Below, piece by piece: positions 40,497-51,691 of a DNA stretch of 64,000 nucleotides (its first letter is position 1; each line of letters starts with the position of its first letter). A model generated the notes under the pieces. It saw only the letters and a list, made by a program, of their open reading frames with translations, ran no database searches and was not told the origin of the DNA. Origin of the DNA: Octopus sinensis (Eukaryota); NCBI RefSeq assembly GCF_006345805.1, contig NC_043000.1, forward strand, positions 144,150,001-144,214,000, in the 5' to 3' direction. Both the position numbers and the translations under genes were made by a program.

Positions 40497-40549
<53 letters not shown>

Positions 40550-41526
40550 TTATTATATCTTTTACAAGGGCATGGTTGAGAGTTTTAAGTTATAAGTTAT
40601 GTAGCATAACTGTAACCCACTATGGACTTTCAAGTTCATTTCTAATTGTTTGGGTTTTTATAGATGTAGAATGAATGTAGATTAATATTTCTGTATAAAA
40701 TTGATAAGTAACAGAATAATAAAGACGAGGGATAGGAAATTGGGAGGAAGAAAAAAGAAAGCAAATATTTATAAGTAGCGGGAGAAACGCAGGTTTGCTA
40801 TAGACAGTAGAAGAATTATATGTAAGGAACGCATTCGGAACATCGTTTATTCGTACAGGCGACATATATTTTAACGGTACAACGATAGCATATTGAAAAT
40901 AAGCATGCATGTATTAAAAAGAAGCATAAATATGCACGCATCTATACACTCATATATATATATATATAATATATATATATATACAACGATTTCTGCTTCA
41001 ATACACGATTACACATCAGGAATCTTGCTAAACGAAATAATAAACGTATATAAAACAACAGGTCCAGTGTGTATGTGTGTGCGTATGTGAGTGTTTTCAT
41101 GCATATATCCCTAAATATATCTATATTCAATCGTGTGTGTGTATATATATATATATCGGGACGGTCGTTTTTTTTTGCCAAATAAACACACGCACAATAC
41201 ATCTTTTCTTCACTCGTTTATTACTGTTCTTATTTTAATATTGTCACTCATGTCCATTGTCCATAAATCTTTTGTCACGCATCTGTGACATTTTCAGTGA
41301 CACTTTTCGTTTTCGCGCGTTCTTGCTCTACTTCATTCTGTTCTCCTCAGATGTGTATCCTTATGTGCGCATGCTTTTATATTCTTGTTTGTGCGTGTGT
41401 GCATGTGCGTGTATATGTCTGTCATAGTTTTTAGCAGCTGTGTGGCCTTCTCCTCAGGCCCATCTCCTCACCCCATTGTACAGCAGCTGTTTTAAGACTC
41501 CAGAAGACTATGGTATAGTTCCTGTA

Positions 41527-41943
41527 GAAAAGGCGGCGAGCTGGCAGAAGCGGTACCACACCGGGCGAAATGCTTAGCGGTATTTCGTCTGCGTTACGTT
41601 GTGAGTTCAAATTCCGCCGAGGTCGACTTTGCCTTTCATCCTTTCGGGGTTGATTAAATAAGTACCAGTTACGCGCTGGGGTCGAATTATCAACTTAACC
41701 CTTTTGTCTGTCCTTGTTTGTCTTCTCTGTGTTTAGCCCCTTGTGGGTAGTAAAGAAATAAGTATTTCGTCTGCGTTACGTTGTGAGTTCAAATTCCGCC
41801 GAGGTCGACTTGCCTTTCATCCTTTCGGGGTCGATAAATTAAGTACCAGTTACGCACAGGGGTCGATGTAATCGACTTAATACCTATGTCTGTCCTTGTT
41901 TGTCCCCTCTGTGTTTTAGCCCCTTGTGGGTAGTAAAGAAATA
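41527..41943 (+). mobile_element. Dimeric Meta-domain-type SINE with a 15 bp TSD, nested in the Penelope element
   Basis: ggtatagttcctgta at 41512-41526 and 41944-41958; two tandem cores, the second lacking the start of the tRNA head. Confidence 0.92.
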
Positions 41944-42419
41944 GGTATAGTTCCTGTATTCTTGTATGTACAAGTGTGCACCCACGGTGCTGCCATCGTG
42001 GAAGTTGTTGTTATTGCCAATTTGTTATTATTGTTGCTGCTGTCGTTGTTAATTATGTTGTCGGCATTGTTATAGCCATACATCAATTTTCGTATCTACG
42101 TGTTTGTGTGTGTAAGTTTTCGCTTTGTATGTTGTATCTGTCCATGCCATTTATATACCTTCATTTATTTATTTTATCTATCTCTATATCTCATATTCAT
42201 CAATGGTATGTGACAAATATATTTATATATTTACGTATTTATGTATTTATAAATTTTATTTATATATTTATATATATATCTGTTTCTCATAAATATGACA
42301 CAAATATATTGTGTGTATTACGCTGTGTTTTTTTTTTGTATATTATTTACGATCATTTTCCCTCTCTCTTCTCATCCTTCCTGTCTTTAGTCATGTAGCG
42401 TGGTGGTGGGTGTTACTGT

Positions 42420-43040
42420 TCTATTCGTGTTTTCTATTGAGTCTCGGGCTGTCTATTGTTATGTGTGTAGCCTCTGTGATCTATCTAAGTGTCGTTTCAG
42501 TTTTATGTGTCGATAGTATATTAATCCCTATGCTATTAATCGAGCCTCCATATTCTGCCTGAGCATGTTGGTAGAACACTCACGAGCTATTCCCTTCTTT
42601 GAGCTCTCGCCAATGACACCTATACGCTCTCCTGTATTGCGTGCAGTCTCTCCAATGTAGGTAGCTGTCATGTTTCTGCACCGCCTCTCACTACATCATA
42701 AGCTTTACACTACATTCCTAAACTTACAGCTAACCTGTGGGTTCAACCTACATATAACACAATTGTACCCCGCACACGGGGACTTAGGAAAGAGATAGAT
42801 ATTGCCGATCAGCGATTTTAAAAGAGCAACTGGCCTCCCAACTATTTTAATTAGTAGATGAGCCGTACTTAATTTTTTTTCTAAAAGATGTGCTAGTTCG
42901 CCGCCAGAGGTAGCATCGACGTACATGTCACTCTAGTGTTTTGTTGTCATACCAAGGCCTTATTTAACATATTACTGGTCCATTGTGTGTTGTTACAGGA
43001 TATACTCCAGTACAACGAGCAGATCCTTTTAGAATCACTC
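42420..43040 (-). pseudogene. Penelope-like GIY-YIG endonuclease remnant with a Cys-rich linker
   Basis: MYVDATSGGELA...PCAGYNCVICRLNPQVSCKFRNVV*SL*C...TYIGETARNTGERIG...LR*ITEATHI...PRLNRKHE*. Confidence 0.8.
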
Positions 43041-43711
43041 TCTATGATAGCTTTTTACTTAGTGCTGTCTCCTTTATACATTTAAAGGCTGCGAAGAGAG
43101 AGGAAAGACGGAGGAAACATTAAGAAACTAAAACAACAAAACACCGTAAATTACACACAAATACATACAGAATGCTACACATACAATAGACATATATGCA
43201 CGTAGCTGTGATACGTATGAGAAATAGAGATAGATGCATAAAGAATAAAGAAATGTATAAGTAAATAAATAAATAGATAAATAGATAATTACCTTTATTT
43301 TTCTCCGGTCTTAGGACAGTAACAGTGTTGGGGCTGAGGGGAAGGCCACACTGCTGCTAAAAGCTATGACACACACATGCATACACACACTCACGCACAC
43401 AAACAAACAAAGAGACAATCGCATGTGCACATAAAGATACACATCTTAGAAGAACATAAAGGAGTGATTGGAGCAAGAACACACACGGAAACCCAAATTG
43501 CCGGTGAAGAATTCACGAAGGATTTGTAAACAATGGACGGGCGTCAAAATAATAAAAATAAGAAAAAATGTGACCATCCCAAAGTACAATAATATCTGTT
43601 TCAACACATTGTTTCAAATGAGGATGTGAAATCTTGCAAAACGAATAGCTAAATATGAGTGTGTATGTGTGTGTATATATATATATATAGCGATAGATAG
43701 ATATATAGATA

Positions 43712-46260
43712 TGTTTCTTTATTAGCCACACAGGGCTGCACACAGATAGAACAAATTACAAGGTAGAGCTTTTCTTTTGGGGGTAAAAAAAAGGGAGTGG
43801 TGGTTTTCGATCAAAAGGGATCGTAAAAGGAAAGAAGGATGACACAAAAAGGGAGGGTTAAAAAAGAGGGGGGGAGAGCAAAAAAAAATGAATAATAGGG
43901 ATTGTTATCACAGAAATGTCAATATGAAGTGTAATGGGGAGGACAGGTGAGGTTTACCCGTGGAAAGAAAAGCCTACGGAAAAGACCACGGTAACCTCGG
44001 TCAATGAAGTCACATGTTATATTTCTTTTTTTTTTTTTTGCAAATTAGCAACTCTCTGTATTAATTTTTACGGTTCATAGAATCATAGTCAAGGTGGCTT
44101 CGTCATTGATACGTGCCATCCTTGCTACATTCACCCATCTTTTTTTAAAACATTCACTAGACAAAACTTGCATCTCTACTCTCACTTTTTTCTTCAAGTG
44201 ATACTTGAAGAAGTTGATGAGAGATTGACCAGAGAGGAAAGTGTTTGTCTCTAATCCTTTCAGGCGCGTCCACCAGATACATTCTTTCGCCATAGCCACA
44301 AGTATGATAAAAATAGCTCTTCCTTCCCGTTTGAAGGAAGGAGGCGTGACGATATTAACGATAGACTCGGCTGATAAACCGACTCGTCCCACACGTGGCA
44401 GCAGTCGTTCGACATAAGCCCACAGGTCGGAAATTGCTGGACACTGCACGATTGCGTGCAGAGCGGTTTCGTCGCTCTGCCCGCATCTCGGGCATGTCGG
44501 CCCCGTGTTTCTCGAGCCATGCCTATAGAGCTTATCCCGAACGGGTAGCGCTTCTCGGTAGCACCGCCAGGCCAGGGATCTCTTGAAGTTGTCCATAGGT
44601 CCCGGGCCGAAAGTCGTTTGAAACAGGCGGGCCAGGTATTCCTCGTCGACGCCCAGGTTTGCCCCGAGCTCGTCGTCGTACCTCCCCTCCACTAATCCCC
44701 TATAGAATGCTTTGGTTGTGTTGAAGTCACTCAAGGTCGACCCGGGACGGCAGAGTTGCTTGAGAGCAACACGACACTCGCGGTGCCATTCGCCCTTCCT
44801 CGGCCTCTTTTTGATCCACGACTGTAGTTCGGTCATGGAGACGAGTTGCGGGAATGCGTGCCTCACAAACGGCGACCACATCTGGTCACCGTCGTCCACA
44901 TAGATCCGGAGATGTCGCAGTCTCAGCGCGTGTCTGCGCATCATCAACCACGGCATGCCCAGCCCTCCTTTTAACGGGTGTTGACAGCAAATGGATCGCC
45001 TGACCAGCGGGACGCATCCTTTCCACAAGAAGCGGGAGAGGATGCGTTCTAGTTTGGTGGTGGTAGGGTCGGGACAAGGTACGACGGTCAGGCGGTAGTA
45101 GATGATGGACGCGATGTACGCGTTCACCACCTCCGCCCGACCTTTTAGGGACAGTTTCCTCTCGGCCCATTGCTGGGCGAGAGTGACCACCCTACTCGTT
45201 ATCTCGTTCCAGTTCTTCTCCATTTGGAGGTCCGGACCGAACCAGACCCCGAGCAACTCAACCGGGCCGTCTGTCCAGCGTCCTACGACGGAGGTACTGG
45301 TGGACGGCATGGGCTTGCTTCTTCAGGTGCCGAGCCACAAGCCCACTGACTTTTCCCGGTTGATTTTTGCTCCTGTCACCGCTTCGTAGTCTTTCAGTGT
45401 CTCGCCGACCCGCTCGATGTGCTCGTGGCTTGACACTATGACGGTGACGTCGTCCGCGTATGCAGACATGCTCGTCCCGCATCCCAATTCTCGCGGGATG
45501 CCCCTTAGAGTCGCCAGCTTCCGCAGTAGTGGCTCGAGAGGCAATACGTATAGAAGCGCCGAGAGGGGGCATCCCTGACGGACCGAACGTGCAATGTCGA
45601 AAGGTCTCGATAAATGTCCATTTACGCGAATTACCGAACGGATGCCTCTGTACAAGGCAGCTATCCAGCCACGGCAGACGGGACCGAAACCAGCCGCTCT
45701 CAGGACTGCCTCCAAGCATCGATGGTCTACCCTATCAAAGGCTTTCGATTGATCCAAGTTGATCAGGGCCCCACCCATGCCAGGTTCGTTAACTACCCTG
45801 TCTATGATGTAGCGCATCAGATGGAGGTTGTCATGCAAGCTCCGACCCGGCACGGCGCACGTTTGTGCGTTGTCGACCAGTTTCTCGATGACAAGCGCCA
45901 ACCTCTTGGCTAACACCTTTGTCAAAATTTTCAGGTCTGCATTGAGCAGCGTGAATGGTCTAAAGTTATCTATAATGTTTCCCTTGTTTGCATCTTTCTT
46001 CAGCAGAGTTACAGCTCCTCGACTCACAAAACCGGGTATGCTCCCGTTTTGCTGCCAGTTGCAGTATACCGCTGCCAAGACGTCTCCAAACAAGTCTGGC
46101 ATACAATTGTAAAACTCGTAGGGTAGACCATCCAAACCCGGTGATTTGTCCCTCGAGCATTCTGCTATCGCTTCCTGCACTTCCGCCGCCGTGATGGCAC
46201 CTTCGCAGCACCCTGCCTTTCTTGTCGAGAGTCGTGGCAGGCTATGTAGGTAGGCACTGA
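43712..46260 (-). mobile_element. 5'-truncated L1/Tx1-type LINE inserted in a (GATA)n microsatellite
   Basis: GC-rich island; RT + zinc-knuckle ORF2; 3'UTR ends cagccctgtgtggctaataaagaaac; flanked by gatagatagatat (left) and (agat)n (right). Confidence 0.92.
44075..46258 (-). pseudogene. LINE ORF2 reverse transcriptase + zf-RVT with a single in-frame stop at 45323-45325
   Basis: KSPGLDG, NFRPFTLLNADLKIL, LDQSKAFDRVDH, VRQGCPLS, AYADD, GGLGMP, CPRC..DETALHAIVQC. The two track ORFs are in the same frame, separated only by TGA (probably from TGG). Confidence 0.93.
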
Positions 46261-46322
46261 AGATAGATAGATAGATAGATAGATACATACATAGATAGAT
46301 ACATAGATAGACATATATATAG

Positions 46323-46420
<98 letters not shown>

Positions 46421-46799
46421 CTTACTTGGAAATGGATGCGTGGCGGTCGATCATATAATAATGTAAATAATATATATATATTTGTGTGTGTTTGTGTTCA
46501 TATATTCATACATACATGTTGATACTTGCATATATATGTATATACACATGCATATATGTGTATAGGATGTCAAAAAACATAAACAGCATATAAAATGAGA
46601 GAGGCAACACAAAGGACAATCTCTACACATGTTGTCCATTGTTTTATCTACTCCGCATTTCTTAAACAGTGGACAACTGATAAGGAGATGGTTCTTTATC
46701 TTGCTTGTCTCTTGACTCTATTTGTTTCTTTCGTCGTTCAAAAAGAGTTCTTTTTCCATATTTTTGTACTTCATGTTCTCGTTTTTCTTGTTGTTTACC

Positions 46800-46997
46800 T
46801 ATTATTATTATTATTATTATTATCATTATTATTATTATTATTATCATTATTATTATTATTAACATTATTATTATTATTATTACTATTATTATTTTTATTA
46901 TTATTATTCAGGTCACTGCCTGGAATTGAACTCGGAATCTTGGGGTTAGTAGCCCGCGCTCTTAACCACTACGCCATATATATGCCCCTGGGCATAT
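46800..46997 (-). mobile_element. Short tRNA-derived SINE with an (AAT)n tail
   Basis: Minus: tggcgtagtggttaagagcgcgggctactaaccccaagattccgagttcaattccaggcagtgacctg followed by (aat)n. Confidence 0.7.
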
Positions 46998-47342
46998 GAC
47001 ATTCCAAAAGTTAGAGCAAACTGAATGGGGAACGACGACCCACTCACCATATTCGCTGGACATAACCCCAACCAATTATCATTTATTCGGCATTCTTCAA
47101 AATGATTAGGGCGGAAAAAATATGAATTATGTAGACGAGATCAGAACAGTATTGGAGCGGTATTTTTCGTCACGGACAAGTGAATTTTGGAAGAGGGTCC
47201 TTGCATGTCTACCATATAGATAGAAGGGCATTGTTGAAAATGAAAGACCGAAGAGTTTAGATTGAAAAAGAACCTTGTTTATCGTAATTTTGAAAAATAA
47301 AACATTTCATAGCACTGCGTTATTTATGGTATGAGGATATAT
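46998..47342 (+). mobile_element. Mariner transposase C-terminal remnant and 3' end
   Basis: TFQKLEQTEWGTTTHSPYSLDITPTNYHLFGILQN...YFSSRTSEFWKRVLACLPYR*KGIVEN, resembling HPPYSPDLAPSDYHLF...LPERW. Confidence 0.82.
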
Positions 47343-48502
47343 TTGTTTTACAAACTATATATTTTGTCTTCGTATATACGTGTATATTCTCTTGATTTAT
47401 AACAAAATATATCTGTATTATTTCAGTAGGTTCTTCTCGTTTTCAATTCTGAAAATATATAGAAACAATAAACCTATAAACCATAAAATTGATAGATCAA
47501 TTAATGCAAATTTACGTACATTGCGTAATGCACTCCACTGGAGTACGGAATATCCTTTCTCATTTGTGAAAACAATTGTGAAGTTTAAATGTTAATATTT
47601 TTTCGAAATCAGCTTAATTGATTAGATATAAAATATTTGTTGACAATGAAAAATCTTTATTGCTTGTTACATGTATAATCTTTATGCAGAGAAAACACAT
47701 GTTTCCCACTTCAATCGCTTTAGTTTTAAAAAGTTCAAGTATCTATTTTTCTAAAAATCTATAGTGGTTGTATCTAAAAACCGAAAATAATTTTGCTTGA
47801 AAATTCAATTGGTTCGCTTTGCAAATGAACAGGTCTCTAAAAGTTTGAAGGAATAATGGAAACACACAAATATTTAGACTATCCATATTAAATATTATTG
47901 AATACAATGTAGGGCAAAATATGAAAATATATTTAAAATACAATTTTCAAATTCAGCCGAAAATAGCATGTAGCTGTTTCGAAACAGGATCGACAATTTG
48001 CAAAGTTAGAATCACAGATTTAAACAACAGACTTTTCACATAATGAAGCGAGGCATGGACCAATCAGCATCAAGACGTCACATGATACAACTTTCCGGAA
48101 TCACCTAGAACGTCCCTTTACAATGCTTATAACCAGGCGTATTTTTGGAGTGTCAAAGACAACTAGGCATATTCCGCAGAGAGCGGCTGCTTCATTTCAC
48201 ACATCTCACCATTTGCTTCAGTTTCTGGCTGGCTAAGCTAACCACATTCACATTTAGCCTTTTCTTAACAGTCATTTTATTGACGTTTTACTCAATCTAG
48301 CAGAAGCCAGCGAATATTTTGCAGTAATGAACAGAGCATGGTATGCTTTCTGCCGGTTTGGTAGTTTATTTACAGAGCGTTTTCAATCCACTAATTCTAA
48401 CAGCTATAGAATTGTCTTTTCCAGTGTGTAAACTTTGTTGTCGCAGTTTCAAGTCACGACCATCATGTAAAAGATTTGTGCAGAGATATAAAATTATTTT
48501 AC

Positions 48503-48735
48503 AGTAATCCCTCGCCATATCACAGTTCACCTACCACGGTTCACCTATCAGAGTTTATTATTTAAGCTTACTCGATTCCGCCGTGATGTTATTTTGCATT
48601 TATAATTAAAAATATATTTTTTTTTAAATATAGAAATAATTTTAAAAACATACATTACGCTACTGTTTTAACTTTGCGGATTTTCACCTACTACGCTGGG
48701 TTTTAGAACGTAACACCCGTGATAGTCGAGTAATT
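48503..48735. mobile_element. pogo/Tigger-like MITE (decayed)
   Basis: Starts TA|CAGTAATCCCTCGccatatc; right end acccgtgatagtcgag is a degenerate inverse. Confidence 0.55.
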
Positions 48736-49260
48736 TTCTTTACGAATGCTGTTGTTTATGAGTGCTGCTCATTCCTTACACATAGACAGAACTCCAGTCA
48801 GTGAAAAACATTTCATAACTTATTTCCTATGACCATATGACAACAGTCAACTACATCTTGTGTCAAACAGCTCTAAATAGAAAAACTAATCTTAACTGCA
48901 TTATTATTAAAAAAAAACATTTTGATTGGCCAATATTAATGGAACGCTGTTCCTTGCTTGTTTACAATTAATTTAGAATTTAAATATCTGTTAAGAAATT
49001 ACTTGTCTTCAAGTGGCAAGGATGATCTCAGTTCCTGAATGTATCAAATACGTGTATTATAAACGCAGGGCTCTACATTATGTGTACTGAAGCTGTAAAA
49101 CCTTTTAGTATTATTTTCTGTTGGCTAATATTTCTCACAGCTGCATCTTGTCTAACATCGTAATAAAGGAAGTGTCGTATTTTGTTCAGAAATTAACATA
49201 AATATTAAAATTACACAAAGATTAACACTATGGTAATATACCATGAGATGTATTCATTCA

Positions 49261-49314
<54 letters not shown>

Positions 49315-49451
49315 TCAATAAATGGTGGGGTTGTGTCGACCGCACGTGGAGAAATGATAAGTAACGAAAAATTTTTTTTTAAATGCAGAATGCTCAAATG
49401 AAAGAAAATTTTAATAAAATGAGAAATTGATAAAATATATAAATATATATT

Positions 49452-49492
49452 TATTCAACCGGTTTTCGTCATTGTATGACTTGTCAAGAATA
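49452..49492 (-). ncRNA. Minimal hammerhead-like motif with a U3-A8 core variant, in a ~290 bp element between TA tracts
   Basis: Minus: tattc TTGACAA gtcat-aca-atgac GAAA accgg T T gaata; 5 bp helix I and II, palindromic AACCGGTT. Confidence 0.5.
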
Positions 49493-49603
49493 TTTATGTA
49501 TTAAAAAGTTTTTTTAGAAATTAGAAAGGGGAAAAACTAAGATCCAAAGGGATTTAGAGCATGTGTTGTGTGGTTTAATTGAGCATGTTGGTAGGACAGG
49601 AAG

Positions 49604-49635
<32 letters not shown>

Positions 49636-49645
49636 CACACACACA

Positions 49646-49725
<80 letters not shown>

Positions 49726-50346
49726 ATACACAAGGTTTCATTTTTACGAATATTTCTTCAATCACAACTGGTATAACTGAAATATAATCTCATCAGTTGA
49801 ATAAGATGGAGAAAAAATAGATTTAAACTGTTTATAAACATTGAAAACAGTGCCCTAAAAAAAGATTAAATATTATATATGGAAGCGTATTCGCTCATGC
49901 ACCACAATTTTTCTCTCGACCTACAATTATGAAATAGCAATAAAATAGTCTTAAGATTTTGTATGCTTTTCTACATTATAAATGTATGTATTCCACATCA
50001 TATCATTGGTGTTTTCCCACGATAGACGAATCAATCGGAAATATACAAAACTTAGTAGAAGCAGGTAGTATTTGAATAAATTGGTGCAGAACACAAAAGA
50101 CAGTAAATAGTCTGTAACAACATCTTGTAATTGTTTATAATCAGGAGGTTAGATACAAGTGATAGTATATACGGAATTTATTTTTTGCCTTGCGATAAGA
50201 CTTATATTCGCGTCTGCTGTGTTTTTCATATTAGTAAAAAATGTTGGCATACAGAAAAAAAGCTTGTACGATAGAACCCCCATCACCTAATAGTGTTTCC
50301 AATAGAGAAAAATTTGCTTTCATGATGTGTATTTTTTATGGTTTCA

Positions 50347-50745
50347 AAGGCGGCGAGCTGGCAGAAATGTTAGCATGCCGGGCAAAATGCGTAGCCGTAT
50401 TCCGTCTGCGTTATGTTCTGATTTCAGCTATCGCCGGGGTCGACTTTGCCTTTCATCCTTTTGGGTTCGATAAATTAAATACCAGTTACGCACTGGGGTC
50501 GATGTAATCGACTTAATCCGTTTGTTTGTCTTTGTTTGTCTCCACTGTCTGTAGCTCTTTGTGGGTAGTAAAGAAATAGGTATTTCGTTTGCCGCTATGT
50601 TCTGAGTTCAAATTCCACAGAGGTCGACATTGCCTTTCCTTCTTTCGGGGTCGATAAATTAAGTACCAGTTAAGTCCTGGAGTCAATGCATTCGACTATC
50701 TCCCATCCTCGTAATTTCAGGCTTTGTGCCTATAGTAGGAAGGAT
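50347..50745 (+). mobile_element. Dimeric Meta-domain-type SINE
   Basis: aaggcggcgagctggcagaa head, two cores, same dimer junction (aagaaataggtatttcgt) as 41527-41943, alternative tail ttgtgcctatagtag. Confidence 0.85.
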
Positions 50746-51655
50746 TTCATTTAATCGAAATCATTTAAGGTTTCAAAAGCATATCAAGAATTTAGTTTCT
50801 TAAAATAAGAGTAGGTAATCTTGAGCAAATGAAACAGTGAAGGTTAAAACAGGTAGATATTGAAGCTTAACAAATACGTTCATGCTTCTAGAAGATGTCC
50901 ATGCATAACAAGCGATTTCTTGTTTGAGGGAAATGTTTCACATACATTACTTGGGAAAATTTACTGGTCCTAGCAATTCTACTTCTGTAATTTGGCTTTG
51001 TCTTTAGTTATAAATAACGTAGACTAAGTTTATAGAAGTGACTGTCTATCTCTTCAATTGTGTCAAATGCAAATGAGAGGTTACACGCATCCCTCATTCA
51101 AGAGAGGTAGTTTAGGGTGATAATAGTTACAAAGGTAACGCGAAACATTGTATCAAAATACTCCTTTTAATCCCGTGCAGTTGTTATGCGCTGTGTTTAT
51201 ATCATTGCCTTATACTTCTATGGAGTAAGTAGTCCACGGATATATCGACCATGTAAGGTCATATTTTTAATGCAATGTAATTAGGTTAATTTGCGTGTCG
51301 ATATTATAATTATGTCTATACAATAATAAGCATATACACTTTTGAATATATTTGTAGTAAATATCTAACACATAGGTGATGCTGTAAACAATCATAATTA
51401 TTTCATAAAGCCAATTTAAAGCCTTCGTACATAGGGGAAGTGTGGACTGTGGATATATTTCCATACGTTAGAGACAATTATAGATATATTATATTATTGA
51501 ATAGATTGGAAACGTTTACTTGTGTAGTTATTTCTATTATAAAAAAATATAATCTACCCAAGCTCTGTGTGTTGTTCTAATTGTGTATCCCTAATTCAAA
51601 CCTGATCGTACAGATATGTTTAGAGATGATTGAGTGTTTTGAGCGCATCATTTAC

Positions 51656-51691
<36 letters not shown>

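Larger units (their letters stand above)
39487..40498. mobile_element. Non-autonomous hammerhead-bearing retroelement (Penelope pLTR/retrozyme-like); 559 bp monomer, head-to-head inverted, inside (TA)n
   Basis: Direct repeat at 39888 and 40447; 39487-39885 is the reverse complement of 40197-40498 joined to 39940-40036; TA tracts on both sides. Confidence 0.8.
41190..43620 (-). mobile_element. Penelope-like element 3' part with GIY-YIG remnant and inverted pLTR
   Basis: Endonuclease remnant at 42420-43040. 43070-43620 is a diverged inverted copy of the 3' region, e.g. gaaggccacactgctgctaaaagctatgaca versus tgtcatagtttttagcagctgtgtggccttc. Confidence 0.7.

Noticed and set aside
41478-41526. 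Possible hammerhead in the Penelope pLTR (aaaacagctgctgta on the minus strand)
   Set aside because: No recognisable CUGANGA box, and the region is disrupted by a SINE insertion.
46905-46980. tRNA gene candidate (A/B boxes)
   Set aside because: No proper acceptor stem and followed by an (AAT)n tail, so it is a SINE head; the same applies to the other tRNA-like heads.
48056-48086. CCAAT + CRE-like + E-box cluster (ggaccaatcagcatcaagacgtcacatgat)
   Set aside because: Short motifs expected by chance or inside decayed transposons; no linked gene.
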